A stretch of 64,000 nucleotides of DNA from the NCBI RefSeq assembly GCF_009914755.1, contig NC_060941.1; one strand, given 5' to 3'. A model generated the notes under the pieces. It saw only the letters and a program-made list of their open reading frames with translations, did no database searches and was not told where the DNA came from. This document shows positions 1 through 21,098 of the stretch, piece after piece. The first letter of the stretch is position 1, and each line of letters opens with the position of its first letter. A program made the translations under genes and the position numbers. The DNA is from the human T2T-CHM13v2.0 reference genome, Homo sapiens.

Positions 1-79
1 AAGTAGACTTCTTTCCTTTCCGCCACTGGTCAGGGCTCAGGTCAAATTCCTCATGTTGCTTCTTTTCCATCTGTTCTGC
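1..79 (-). CDS. SMG6: SMG6 coding exon 8, partial (runs off window start): AEQMEKKQHEEFDLSPDQWRKGKKST...
   Basis: Acceptor tatag| with AG at 81-80; phase 0, continues exon 7 frame. Confidence 0.93.
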
Positions 80-107
80 CTATATAACATACAAACACAT
101 TAGCTCA

Positions 108-405
<298 letters not shown>

Positions 406-844
406 ACATGAGCTCAGACTTTCCTGAGACTCAGCTTACAAAGAGAAAAGCCTCACCTCACCGGTATTTATTTGACAATAAAAATACTGTACCACAGTCC
501 CAAAGTAGCAGAGTGTCATCTGCTTTGTTTCATATAGTTATTAATTCTGTAGACTGAAGGCTGTAGAGCACGTACATGTACATCCAAGGGCCCCTGAAAG
601 CTCTCCTGAAGATCACAGTTTTGTTCTGCACAGGGGCTGACCAACTACCCACCAGCACAGTCTGATGGGACCATTTAAGGACACTATGAGTCATTCCCCG
701 AGGACACACAGACACTGAGCAATAACTGCACCTTGGATAAACCTCACTGGCTACGATCCTGCCGGTGCGCAGAGCTAGGGCACACCAACACTCAGGGAAA
801 TGCACTATTCGAGGAAGGAAGGGTTCTGCCACATCCCCACTCAC

Positions 845-955
845 CTTCCGCTTGGTCTCTTCAAACAAGCTCATGAGACTCTCCTTGGCAGTCAGGATAG
901 GGTTGCTGGCAGCTAAACTGCGCATATAGTAATAGACAGCGTCAAGCTTCCTCCT
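845..955 (-). CDS. SMG6: SMG6 coding exon 7 (RRKLDAVYYYMRSLAASNPILTAKESLMSLFEETKRK), TPR/14-3-3-like domain
   Basis: 111 nt, ccacag| acceptor, |gtgagt donor; overlaps ORF 530..925. Confidence 0.96.
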
Positions 956-1879
956 CTGTGGAAAGAGGCCAGAGACATTCAGTCAACCAATTCTCGTCCT
1001 AACTCCAGCAAGAGGCAGCTGACTCAGGAAACCCTACTATCTCTCCCAGCCTGTCTCCCAAACTGAGAGGAATCCCAACAACAAAATCAGAAATGCTATC
1101 CACAGGAGAAGCCATTGCAATTACATCACAGATCTCTTCTTGCACAGTATTATATCTTACATGCAGAGGTGCTCCAAGAACCAAGTACTCATAAGGAGAG
1201 AAAGGAATAAACAGGCTCTTAAAATATAAACAGAAATTACATCTTGTTCTTAGAAAAAGCATGATGTTCAATTCACTTTATATTTCCTGTTCTTATCAGA
1301 GAGTCAGTATGCTATAATGAAATCACAAAATTACAAGCCAGACAGACCTTGGTCCAAATACTGGCTAATCCAGGAGTTGACTTGGAAACTTTGGACAAAA
1401 GACTCCAAGATTATTACATTATTATGTAATAATCTTCCTGAGTTCCTATATCCTCAACATTACAATGGGAGTAATAATACCCAATGGAGGAGTATCCTCA
1501 GGTTTACAAAGTGTTGTCCACTGTCTCACACTTAACTGTACTTAATCAATGATGTTGCCATTGTTATTGATAATTTTTTAAAATAAATAAGTAGCTGAGT
1601 TGAACATTTTATGGATATTATTCAAGAAATTCAGCAAGTCTATTTATAAGCAATTAATAGGGAAAAGAAGAAGTAAAGAAAAAGGAAGTGGGTCAGAAAG
1701 AAGGAAAAAGGAAAACATTGAAACAAAGGCAGAAAGAATATCCAAAAGGCTTTCTCACTTTTTCTCCAACTTCATGTACATTTTCAATGTTTTCCATAAC
1801 TGTTTCAAAATACATTTAAAATGCTAGCTTCTCTCTCTCCCCAGCGTCTACCCATTCTTCAAAACTCCTATCTTATATT

Positions 1880-2110
1880 CACCTGGCATGGCTAGAGGTG
1901 CAGGTTCTAAGGTCAGTGCCTGAGTCTGAATTCGGTCTTGCATTTATTAGGTATGACACAGCACGTTAACCTAGAGAGGTTTCCTTATTTGCAAAATGGA
2001 AATGTTTACAACATATGGCTCCCAAAAAGATTAAAATTATATAATGCATATAGTTTAACAGAATATTTGGCACACCATTACAGTTACTTGGTAGCTATTT
2101 TTATTATTAT
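1880..2110. mobile_element. MIR remnant
   Basis: MIR-core-like text (gtttccttatttgcaaaatgg; atttggcacac); boundaries approximate. Confidence 0.6.
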
Positions 2111-2654
2111 TCCAATCCATACTAATTTCTATCTACACTACTCACCTGATTTGAGACTGTATTATATTAATTCTATAAAATATTTTTTCATATGAAAAAA
2201 TTTCCAAAACAGAGATACAACTTACAATCGGTATCTATTGTTATGTCTTATTTTAATTTGCAGCATTTTTCTTAGTGGAACAGAAGATAATGGTGCATCT
2301 AACAATCAATTACATATTTATCAAGTCTAATTTGCATCACTGTCTATACAGCTCACTTGTTTTCTCAACACATTTTTTTTTTCAGGGAAGAAAGCAAGTC
2401 AATATTTTATCATTCCTGGCACCTAGAAAAGCACTACTGTACACGTGTTGTGTTCTCAATAAATACCTGAGATTCACTGATTGGAAGAGACAGAATGACT
2501 GACTGATTGGAATTGGCAGAAAAGTTGGGAAAATGTTGCTAACAGACAACTAAGATGAGACAGATAGAAAAAAGAGGGATAGAGGAAAAGAACTTGAAGA
2601 AAGTGCGAATCTAGGTCAGAGGTCTGTGAAAAAGAAAATTTAATTCAAATGACA

Positions 2655-7145
<4,491 letters not shown>

Positions 7146-7159
7146 TTATTATTTTATAC

Positions 7160-7183
7160 ATATATATATATATATATATATAT
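7160..7183. repeat. (TA)n microsatellite
   Basis: Read directly. Confidence 0.9.
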
Positions 7184-7199
7184 GTAATTAAAATTTTTC

Positions 7200-8613
<1,414 letters not shown>

Positions 8614-9635
8614 TTAACAGTTCATTCAACGATTACAAAGAAGGAATCAGGAAAAGACGGATATAGAGAAAAAGGGAAGAAAAAATAGTGCTGCAAAGAG
8701 GGCGGGAAAAAAAATCCCATAAACCCATCACGGAGAATGAGACAGAGGCAAAAACCGGAGAGAGATCAACCAATTTTGAAAGAAGTGTTTCAGTAAAGCA
8801 CATTACTTAATCAACTATTTCAATCCATAATTATTAAGAATTTTCTTGGGAGGCTGAGGCAGGAGGATCACCTAAGCCAGTAGTTTGCGTCACTGCACTC
8901 CAGCCTGGGTGACAGAGCGAGACCCTGCCTCTCTAAAAAAAAAAAAAAAAAAAAAAAGAGAGACAATTTTCTCCTTGCTAATGAGCATCTTATTTGTTTC
9001 TTACGATGGAACCTCTGGTACCTACCACTGGTCCCCACTTTCCCCCTTGAATTGAGCTTTCTCCCTAGGAGCTGTCTCAGCTCCCAAGGCCCGCTTCTCC
9101 ATTACAGACATATTTAGAGCACAGTGATTAGACCTAGGGAGGTACAACCTGCTGCTTACTGTGCTTCTGCTAAGGAGGCACCTCAGATAAAAAGTTAAAA
9201 GAAGTAACAGGGTCTAGGGAAAGGAAGCAAAGATCTGACTACTTAGAGGTAGGTGAAAACTTTAAGGGAGAGAAGTAAGCCTTATTTTTCGTCTAGAATG
9301 AGTTGCCTAGTTCAACAGAAAGGGAAGAGAATCAAGACAAAATTCAGAGTGGCAGCTCTGGTCAGAAACAAAGAATGGTGTTTAGCTGGAGCATGAGCAT
9401 TCCCTCAGGAATTTGAGTGCAGTGGTAAGTGGAGAGATGAAGTACAGAGTTAAGTGAAGTGAGGAATCCCTGACAACTTAATTCTGAGAGTAACCGTAAC
9501 AAAAGGAGTTTGAGGGGATATTCTTTGGGCTACAGTGATGAGATGAAATGAAGCTCCAGGAACTGATATTATCAAACTCCATATTGTAAGATACTTCCTG
9601 CAAAGCACTTTTCCCCTGTCCACAGGATTTCTTAC

Positions 9636-9714
9636 CGTATACACTGCCAGCAAAGCCAACTGGTTATAGGGGCGCCCATTCTTGGGAGCAATGTGCTGGG
9701 CCTTCAGGTACCAA
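9636..9714 (-). CDS. SMG6: SMG6 coding exon 6 (WYLKAQHIAPKNGRPYNQLALLAVYT)
   Basis: 79 nt, ttctag| and |gtaaga; GRPYNQLA motif of the Est1/SMG5-7 family. Confidence 0.96.
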
Positions 9715-9953
9715 CTAGAACAGAAAAACAGTAAGAAAATGCTAGTTCCAGATTAGCTTTTTCCCAATTCATCCTGATAGCCCTAATACTTAAAACATAA
9801 GGTAGAGTGTTAGATGTAACCCTGGAGGGGTAAGGCATGACTACAGGGACCAATAGGGACACCTGTACAACACCCATATGGCCTACTGCTCTTAGTAAGG
9901 CTTAGCTTAGAGCCACATAGGGAAGAGAAATAACGAAGTAGAGGTAAAAGTAC

Positions 9954-10060
9954 CTGCGTGCTTTCCCATAATTCGCTGTATCACTGGCTTGCTCCCGGTA
10001 CCTAGCAATATCTCCTTGGCATATCATGCATCGCTGGGCACTGATCAAGGCATATTTTAC
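9954..10060 (-). CDS. SMG6: SMG6 coding exon 5 (VKYALISAQRCMICQGDIARYREQASDTANYGKAR)
   Basis: 107 nt, ctgaag| and |gtactt; GDIARY motif of the Est1 family. Confidence 0.96.
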
Positions 10061-10564
10061 CTTCAGGAAAAACAACCAGTTAGTAGAAAAGCCAAGAAAC
10101 ACTAACTTCAACCCTCAAAGGACAGGGATGGGGTGAAAATGACAATGTAGCACTCGTAAGGCACTAGCGGTCCTCAACAAAGTATAAAGTTTTTAGCCTA
10201 AACCTGACTACCAAAAAAACACAACAAACTATAAAGTTTTCAGCCTAAACCTGACTACCAAAAAAACAGTCAGCAGTGTGATACAAAATTTAGTGAGAAA
10301 GAGAGAGGGTGATTCTTGAGTCCCAGGCAAATGAAAGAAAATATTTTGATATTAGTAGTCAGGAGATCTGACTCTACGGAATAGTGTTGGATCTCAAGGA
10401 AGTCTTTGAGATGCTCTGGGACTCAGTTTCTTCACCTGAATGTAAAAATAACTACTCTATAGGGTAACTGGAGGAAATAAATGTAAAAATATTTTATAAA
10501 CTATAAAGAGACAAACAAATATGAAAACAATTGTTTACTCTATTCTTTTTTTTCCCCCTAATAA

Positions 10565-10675
<111 letters not shown>

Positions 10676-13528
10676 TGAGTAACTGGGATGATGGGCATGC
10701 GCCACCATGCCTGGCTAATTTTTTTATTTTTAATAGAGACAGGGTTTCGCCATGTTGCCCAGGCTGGTCTCAAACTCCTGGCCTCAAGTGATCCATGTGC
10801 CTGCCTCAGCATCCCAAAGTGCTGGGATTACAGGCGTGAACCATCACGCCCACCCACTTTTTTTGCCATCATTATAGTCTTTCTTCAAACTGTTAACATC
10901 ACTGAATTGTACCACGGCATTACATTACCTTCACCTAAAACAATGGATCGTCCTTTATCACACATTAACAACATGCCACACACTGTGCAGGACTATGTGT
11001 TTTCTCACTGATTGGCTTGGCATCTGTCACTCAGAAAACAGAGTAAACCAATCCCAAGGCATGTGCCCCCCAAAATATCTCCCTAGGGAACACCACCTCA
11101 CAGCACACAATATAATTCCACTCCACTCCACAAAAAAGAAATTAACATATCACTGAATAAAGAACAAAGCTTCACTGAGAAGAAGATACTGACCCCTCAG
11201 GAAGGCACACTCACTAAGCGAAATAGCTACTGCACATTAACCTCCTACCTAGCACATAACTCAAATTTGTACCTCAGCAAAGTTATAATCACTACATATC
11301 ACATACCCCAAGTCCTAACTGTTCCACAGATTCTATGAATGAACATCCCCAAAGGTGTTAAGAATCCTCTGTATTTAACTGATAAAGCACAAAGAGAACT
11401 GATTATGCCTCCATACTACATCCATTTTGTCATGTTGGTAAGAGACAAAAACAAAACAAAACAAAACAAATTCTTTCAAAGGCTCTCCGTCAGCCTCAGC
11501 ATGAAGTCCTGGACGATTGAGCCTCTGCTTACCTCATCAGCACCATATTCCCGGTCACTTTCTGTACCTCAGTCAGACCAGACTCCAAAGTTCCCCTAAC
11601 ACACCACGGTGTTCTCCACTTCAGGGCCTTTAAGTATATTGTCCTCTTCCCCTAAAATGTTCCTCTCCTTGCATCTACACATACACCTTCACCTGGCTGA
11701 AGCTTTCGGCCTTCAGCGTTAGTTTAACTATGATTTTCTCAGTCTCACAGGATTCTTTAAAACTAGGTTAACCCTTTACAGTATACACCCCCAACATCCT
11801 TGGCAAAAGTCACTCCATCAGCAATTACTCATCCAAAGTCTGTACTCACCAGCAATCAAACACTAAACTCCAAGAAACAGGAGCACGGTTTTTTTTCAAT
11901 CTGCACTGAATTGCCTCTGCCTAAAATACCACCAAGCATGTAAGAGGAACTCAATAAACACTTTTTTTTTTTTTGAGATAGAGTCTCACTTTGTTGCCCA
12001 GGCTAGAGTGCAATAACGCAGTCTTAGCTCACTGCAACCACTGCCTTCTGGTTTTTAAGCGATTCTCCTGTCTCAGCCTCCTGAGTAGCTGGGATTACAG
12101 GCATGCACCACCACACCCAGCTAATTTTTGTATTTTTAGTAGAGAGGGGGTTTCGCCATGTTGGGCCAGGCTGGTCTCAAACTCCTGACCTCAGGTGATC
12201 TGCCTGCCTTGGCCTCCCAAAGGGCTGGGATTAAAGAGTGAGCCACTGCGCCCAGCCAAAAACATCTGTCCATCAGTAAGAAAGTGTGTATGTAGTAGAA
12301 GGAGCAAAAAGGCAAGAGGAAGCCTCTGCTCCATAAATCACGCTGCTCTCCCTAATGCATCTCTAACTGCTTCCTAAATATGCTCAACTTTCCAATCTTA
12401 AAACAAAAACTGGCCAGGCGTGGTACAGACAAAAAAAACGAAAAACAAAGAACAAAAAACCTTCTCTTAGAACCCTATGTTCTTTTAGCTGTCTTCCCTC
12501 CTTGTCTTCGCAGCCAAGATGCTTAAAAGAATGGTCTATATTACTCTCTGGCAATCTCTACTGCTTTATCTCTCTTCACTACAATCTGGCTTCCAGTTTC
12601 CCCAACTAAATTAACTCTTGATAAGTTCATCCAATCCAACGGACACTTTTTAGTAATCTTAACATTTGACAGCTCCATCGCACTTGACAATTTTACCTAC
12701 CCCCACCTTGAAATGTAACCCCCGTTTCTGGCCAGCCTTCCCAGTACCCCAACTTTTGCTTCAACCACCACCTGTATCATGATGACTCATGAATCTATAT
12801 CACCAGCCCAGCTTTCTCCTGACCTCCAGAGAGACCACAATATTCACTTGTTCACTTTCAAGTTCCTGTAACACACACACCTCCACATCAGCATATCCAA
12901 ACCTGAACCAATCTCTTTCCTTTGCAGCCACTCCCCTGGACTACCAGCTGGGAGATGATTCAGACTCTTCATGCCTCCAATCTCATCCCTCACACCAAAT
13001 CAGTCAACAATTCCATTCTATTTCCTTTCTTTCTTTCCAATCTGTCTTCTCTTTCCCATCTCCACGACCTCTATCTTAGTTCAGACCTACAACCTGACTC
13101 CTCTATCTCCACTCTTGCCCAGCTCCCATTCAAACTCACCAATTTGCCCAAGTGACTGGTTCTAAGAACAAATCTACCTTATCCATTTACTAAAAAATCA
13201 ATTAATGGTTCCCCAGTGCTTTCAGAATGAAGTCCAAACTCTTCGGCATAGCATATGAGAGTTTATGACCTAGTCACTTCCCACTTTGTTAGCTTTTCCA
13301 CCTACAATAGCCCCCTCCACACTACAAACACCAGCATACTGAAGTTCTTGCACTTTCCCAACAATGCCTGGTTCTCTTTTGCTGGACCCTCTATCTAAAC
13401 TGCCCCTCCCACCTTCAAACTCCTAGTCATGTTTCAAAACTCAGCTTGACAATCTCCAAGAAGCCTTCCTTGGCCCCACCAGGCTACGTTAGATTCACTT
13501 CTCCCTATGGCCCTTCAACACTCTATAT

Positions 13529-14141
<613 letters not shown>

Positions 14142-14323
14142 CTATATACCACTACCATAGTACATATGACATTACAATTGTTGGTTTAATCTATCTGTCC
14201 CTGCACTGAACTGTATCATTCTTTTATCCTCAACACCCAGTACAGTGTCTAGCACATACCTAACACTAGATAAACGCTTACGAAATGAATGAAAATTTAA
14301 GATACATAAAGAAGGTAGCTTAC

Positions 14324-14434
14324 TGTCTTGCGTAATGGCTTGCTGCGAATGGCAAGACCATCCATGTAGTCTTCCAGTTTGAACTTGTAAGTAACCTGCA
14401 GCTTCTGAAGCAAACTATCAAAGAAGTCACTACC
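14324..14434 (-). CDS. SMG6: SMG6 coding exon 4 (GSDFFDSLLQKLQVTYKFKLEDYMDGLAIRSKPLRKT)
   Basis: 111 nt, ttatag| and |gtaagc, phase 0 at both ends. Confidence 0.95.
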
Positions 14435-14644
14435 CTATAAAAAGAAAAAAAGAAATGACTGAATCAATCTATTCTAATCCAACCTATCCACCAAAAACCG
14501 GGGCAGACAACCCTTTCACAGTTCTGCTGATGTTCAGACATCCTATGAAAAGGGAGGCACGCACAATATTCACTGGCCACCAATTTGAGAACAAGGCAAA
14601 TTCACAGTCAAAGCCTCCATGGTTTTAAAGATATGAACACATGA

Positions 14645-14705
14645 ACACACACACACATACACACACACGCTCTCTCCACACAAACACAAACACATACATA
14701 CACAT
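14645..14705. repeat. Imperfect (CA)n microsatellite
   Basis: Read directly. Confidence 0.85.
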
Positions 14706-14943
14706 TCTCATTCTCTCTCTTTTAGGCCAAGGCATTCAGAAAGCTTTCAACCTCAAAACTCCAATTGCCAGTAATTTATGGTCCCAAGGAAGCAACTGGT
14801 GTAGGGAAGGCTCAGAACCCAAGAAAAGGGCAGTTTTTTTGTCGATATTCTGTTCTAAAACATAGTATTTCAGGTAGTAAAAATCCATCGTAACTACAGA
14901 ATGCTGAAGCCTTTATCCTGAGGACAAAAAGATGACAGTTTAC

Positions 14944-15136
14944 CTCATCCAAGAGCTCCAAAAGTCTGTTCCGAATCTGTTCTGGGTTCTCAACATTCGG
15001 ATCCTTGACAAGTTGCCTGAACTTCTCAATCACCTGATAGAAAGCATTCTTCCACAGGATCTGATCCACATTCTGATTATCAGAGAACTCAATATCTAAT
15101 AGAATACAGCGCTCATATAGCTGCAGCAGTTCAGCT
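14944..15136 (-). CDS. SMG6: SMG6 coding exon 3 (AELLQLYERCILLD...LLELLDE)
   Basis: 193 nt, ttccag| and |gtaaac; within ORF 14812..15156. Confidence 0.96.
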
Positions 15137-15518
15137 CTGGAATAAAATACATGCAACTTCCAGCTCCAAATACACCACAGAAAAAGCTAGACTCAAGTTT
15201 TGAGATTCCTGCAAATTAACCACCTCCCCTGGCAGGAAATAAAAAATGTGACCAGGTAGGTATACTACTCACTCTGGTTTCCATTCTGCAGAGCAGAATG
15301 TCATTCTAAAGATAGTTGTGTCTAGGAAAATAGTTTTTCCCCATATGTCTTCACCTAAATTTAACAACTGAAATAAGATCTTCACTGCAAGTTACATGTT
15401 GTTCATTTCTTGGCATTCTAGAAAGTCTTTTTCCATTTCAAGATTCCATGATCCCTTAAAGATAATTTTTTCTTAAAGAAAAAGTAGGATGCATAATTAT
15501 TTCTAAGACTAGAAATAG

Positions 15519-15930
<412 letters not shown>

Positions 15931-15986
15931 CTATACACCTCCGGCTGATCCCCATTTCCCTCCAGCCAGAATAGACCACATCATAC

Positions 15987-17745
15987 CTGAGTTGCGCCAT
16001 CTTCTCCAGGCCCTCCGGACTGATGCGGTCCCTGGAGAGCAGGTTGCTGAGCTGCAGTTCCTGGTTGTCAGCCACCCGGAGAAGCCTGTGCAGCTCCTGT
16101 TGCTGCAGGTTCCTCATGTGCTGCTCTACCTCCTCGGGACTCATGGTGCTGGTAGGTAGAGGGCTACACACATACTGTCCTGACGGAGTCGGGTAGCCTG
16201 GGTAGTAAGGCCCTGGGTACACACCATTCGTAGGGCCCACTGGGTACTGTAGAGGGTTATAGCCCGTATAGGGATACTGGGAGGCAGGGCCTGGTGTCCG
16301 GGGGTAATAATAGGGGTTGTCAGAGTTTTGAAACTTATAGTAAGATGCCTGAGCCTGGCGTGAGTCACCCCAAGATGTAGGGCTGACTTCATCATCAGTG
16401 TCCAAGAAATGTAGCTGGGGCGTCTGAGTCTTTAGAGCAGGTTTCTGATCAGGATTGTTTGGGTCCCACAATCGGCGTGTGGTGCCTCCACGGCCCCAAC
16501 TCCGAGATCCCTTACTACCAGATCCAAACAAAAGCCGAGGTCCCAAAGGCGCGGACTCTGGAGAACCTGCTGAATTGACAGATAGGGTGGTATGGGCAGG
16601 CAAAATCAGAATGCCACGACCACGACCCCGAAGTTCTTGTTTCGGGTTTTTGGACTCCTGCTTCTCAGAGCCTTTGCCCCCACTGCTCAAGCCTTTGTCA
16701 GGCTTTCCTCTATCCATATCATCCCTGGCTGACCTCACCATGGGAGACTCTTTGTTCATGGCTTCTGCATCGAAAGTGACACGAAGAGTGCCTCGATATT
16801 CTTTAGCACTGGTTTTCTGCTCACCCTCCCCACGGCCAGACCAGTTTCTTTCTAAATGTCTCTTCCTTTCTGAACTTCTCCTGGGTCCTAATCCATCAGG
16901 CTCATCAATTCTGTCCTCGTCTAAGGAATCGGTTGAGGACACAGACACTTGCTTCTTCAGTGGTGGCCTCTCCTTGGTCCTATCCTGTCGGCGGCGGCGA
17001 CATCCATTATCCGTCAGGCCAGCTCCCTCAGCGCTGTTGTTGCTGCCAGCTGAGCTGGTGCTGCGCGTGCGGTAGCGATTCCTTCGTTTGTCTGAGCGGG
17101 AGTAGCGCTTTGCGGAGCCCGGCCTCCCGCGGGCCGGGTCGTCGTGGGTTTCCCTCACCCCCTCCCCTTTTCCCATCCTCTTTCCTTTTTCTCCTTTTGC
17201 AGCCCCTACTCTCCCACCACCTGGGCTCTTTTCTATCTCGGCCCTGTCTGGTTTATTCGCAACTTCCTCCTTCGCAACATTTCCCCTACACTCATCTTCC
17301 TCTACTCTCAGTTGTTCTACCTGGTTGAGGACTTCTTCCTCCTCCACCCGACTGGCGGATTCTTTGCTAACAGTCTGCAAACGTCGTCCAGGCTGATAGA
17401 TCTGCAGGTCGGGTTTCTTTGTTCTTTTGATAATTTTTAGACTACGATCCTCTTGTCCAGCAGTCCTAGGAAAGGATTCTTGTCCCCGATTATTTTCTGG
17501 GTCTATAGGACCATTCTGCTCTTGGTTGTTCAGTTCCTTGCAGACATCTTTAACGGGCTGTGTACCATTTTCAACAGCAGAGCAATCTCGGTCATTAACA
17601 ATTTCATCTTTGAATTCCTCACTCCCAGGGGGTTCCTTGATTTTGGGCTTGTTCCTTAGCCGAGAAAGGCCAGGCTTATAGATTTCCAGATCTGGACGCC
17701 TGTTATCTTTGCGCGGCCTGGCCTCCTTTAATTCCTTCATGTTTT
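15987..17745 (-). CDS. SMG6: SMG6 coding exon 2 (1759 nt), disordered N-terminal region with two EJC-binding motifs (PDLEIYKPG, PDLQIYQPG)
   Basis: ORF 15917..17854; taacag| acceptor, |gtatga donor; phase matches exons 1 and 3. Confidence 0.97.
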
Positions 17746-18641
17746 CTGTTATGTCGGGGAAAGAGTTTGGGAGGGAAAGGTAGAAGATAAGAATAAAGAA
17801 GGAAGATAGGGGAAAGACTGTCATTCTGGTTAAGTAACAAAAAAAGTCGAGCAAGAATTACATATCCAAATGCTAATACTGGTAGGCAAAGAAGGACATT
17901 TCTGTAGAAGCAGAAATTCTGGGTTTACAACACTTGTTCAACAATTCACAAGGCTAAGGACCTAACTGTGTTGGGGCTACCTACACTTGGGTAAGTGAAA
18001 TGGGGGAAACCCATCTCCTTATGTGTCATCCAAGTCATATTCAGAAATCCAAGATCCCAAACTACCTCATTATTGTCAGAACAAAAGACCTCTCTAACCT
18101 TTTCAGCACTACACTGTTCTCTATCTATAGAGCCTGTGAATCCACCTCAGCCTTTTCTTCCGCCTCTAACTTTTTCCTGGGTGGCTAAGTTCTTTTAACA
18201 TAACAGCAGGAGGAAGAAGTAAAAAAGGAGAAAAAGGAGGGAGGGTATTATAACAATTATCAGTCCTGGACATCTCTGGAGAAAAAAAATGCAACTTTAG
18301 TCTTTAAACTTGACCAGGATGATTCTCTTCTTCAAGATACCAATTACCAAATAACATACCTGCTGGTGAATTAAACAGCAAGCAGTTCTTTTCCCATTCT
18401 TCAACTTCACCCATCCTCACCAACTCACTAACAGTAGCTCACAGAGTTACCAAAATACTGCTCAGACTATCATACTAGAATACTGACACTAACTGCTACT
18501 GTGATGATGGAATTATTAGAAAAAAGTTCCATAAGGGAACTTTCCCTGGATGCTGATGGAAAGATTGTGACATACTCTCAAAATGCCAACAACTGGGAAC
18601 TCAAGAATTAAGAATAATACAGGACTTTAGAAACCACTCTC

Positions 18642-19672
<1,031 letters not shown>

Positions 19673-20713
19673 CTAAATATAAATGGAAACAAGCCCAAAA
19701 CAGGAATCACATGCTCCAGCAAGTACATTTACTGTTTGTAGGTGTAAGGAAAAGGGGAAGAAAAGAGACTGAGGTTTTGGATAGTGCTTCACTATTTTCA
19801 TAAGTTTAAAAGGTAGGTTCATGAAGTATCCACAAAGATAAAGCAGTTTAACCCAAGAATAGCTCACCCTCGGCAGTCTGTAACTTGGTGGGGGGCGGGG
19901 GGATGGGGAAAGCTATTCCTACTACTTTCTAGAGCAGCGGGAGAAAATAGCCTTAATAATCCAATTATGTTAATCAACAAAAACCAATTTCACAGACTGG
20001 CCGCAAACCTAGAGAAGGCACCTATCACAGCTACCATTCTACACAACTCTATTGCCTAACGCAGGAGAGGTGAGACACTTAGAATCTTTCTTACTTTCCT
20101 GACGTGGCTGGAGACTTGAAATTAACTTGCAAATTGAGCATTCTCTCTAATAAAAACTGCTCCCACACATGCCAGGGCCAAACCCGAGTAGTCTGAGGTC
20201 CCGGATCCCTCCAGTGGCGCAGCTTTCGGAAGCCTGTCTTGGGGGGGAAAAGTTCAGCAACGAAGTCGCAGGCTCTTAAACCTTTCTCCCCAATTCCTTC
20301 TCTCCGACGTTAAAGCGGTGGCCGGGGCAGGCCCGCGGAGGGCGGCCTGGAGAGCGATACGCCCGGGGCCTCCACCAGACCCCACTCCTTTCCGCGTCTC
20401 CCGATGCCTGGGAATCCGGGGCGGGTCTGAGAGGGCTGGGGCAAAAGGAACAGTCACCTTCGCGGCGAGAAAGAGGGTGGAGGCAGGAATTCGGGCCAGG
20501 CTCTCCCGGAGCTGGCCAGGACTGGCCGAGCCCGACCCCGCACTAACCCGCGAGAGAGGTAGGGCAGCGAGGGTCCGCCGCGGCCCCAGCGCCTACTGCT
20601 GGGGGAAGGGGCGGGGGCTCCGGAGCCGAGGGCCGAGCGGGGAGGAGGCAGAGGAGGAGGAGAGGGAGGCGGGGCGGGCAGGCCCGGCCCAGGAGCTGGG
20701 CGGCGCGACTCAC

Positions 20714-20801
20714 CTCTGCTCCCGGCCTGCGGGGCCAGAGTAGCCAGGATCCCGCGCAGCTCCGACGCGGAGATCCGCACACGCTCCAGCCCTTCCGCCA
20801 T
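20714..20801 (-). CDS. SMG6: SMG6 coding exon 1 (MAEGLERVRISASELRGILATLAPQAGSR), NMD endonuclease / telomerase-binding protein EST1A
   Basis: ATG at 20801-20799 in AAGATGG context, 88 nt to a |gtgagt donor. Confidence 0.97.
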
Positions 20802-21029
20802 CTTCGCGGCTGCTGCTACAGCCGTAGCGGCTCCGCCACCGCCGCGCGCAGCCAGGAAACCACCACAGACGGGCGGCGCGCGCGCTCGCCCACCTCCCGG
20901 CCTTTCCCCGCCCCCTGCCGCCCTCCCTTTCCGAACGACGGTGGCCGCGCTGGGAGGAAAAGCGCCCGCCGCCGGTTCCAGAGGGGCGGGACCGGAGCGA
21001 GAGCCTGGGTGGGGCGGGCGGGGGCTGCG

Positions 21030-21098
21030 CGTGCGCAGAGGTGCGGCCGGGGAGGCGCGCGGAGGCTGGAGCTGGAGGCGCGGCGCCGGTGAGCTGAG
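21030..21098 (+). other. SRR: SRR non-coding first exon (start approximate)
   Basis: GAGCTGAG|gtgagg donor at 21099 inside the CpG island; splicing to 32898 gives GAGAACCATG, as I recall the SRR mRNA. Confidence 0.7.

Noticed and set aside
451-463. Tandem donor-like CCG|GTGAG|GTGAGG on the minus strand of SMG6 intron 7
   Set aside because: No convincing partner acceptor or frame identified; cannot support a cryptic exon from sequence alone
16455-17681. Plus-strand ORFs of up to 206 aa opposite SMG6 exon 2
   Set aside because: Antisense shadows of a long coding exon; no promoter, splice or homology support
17746-17854. Hydrophobic N-terminus (MTVFPLSSFFILIFYLSL) of ORF 15917..17854 resembling a signal peptide
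   Set aside because: It is the polypyrimidine tract of the exon 2 acceptor read in frame; the real N-terminus comes from exon 1
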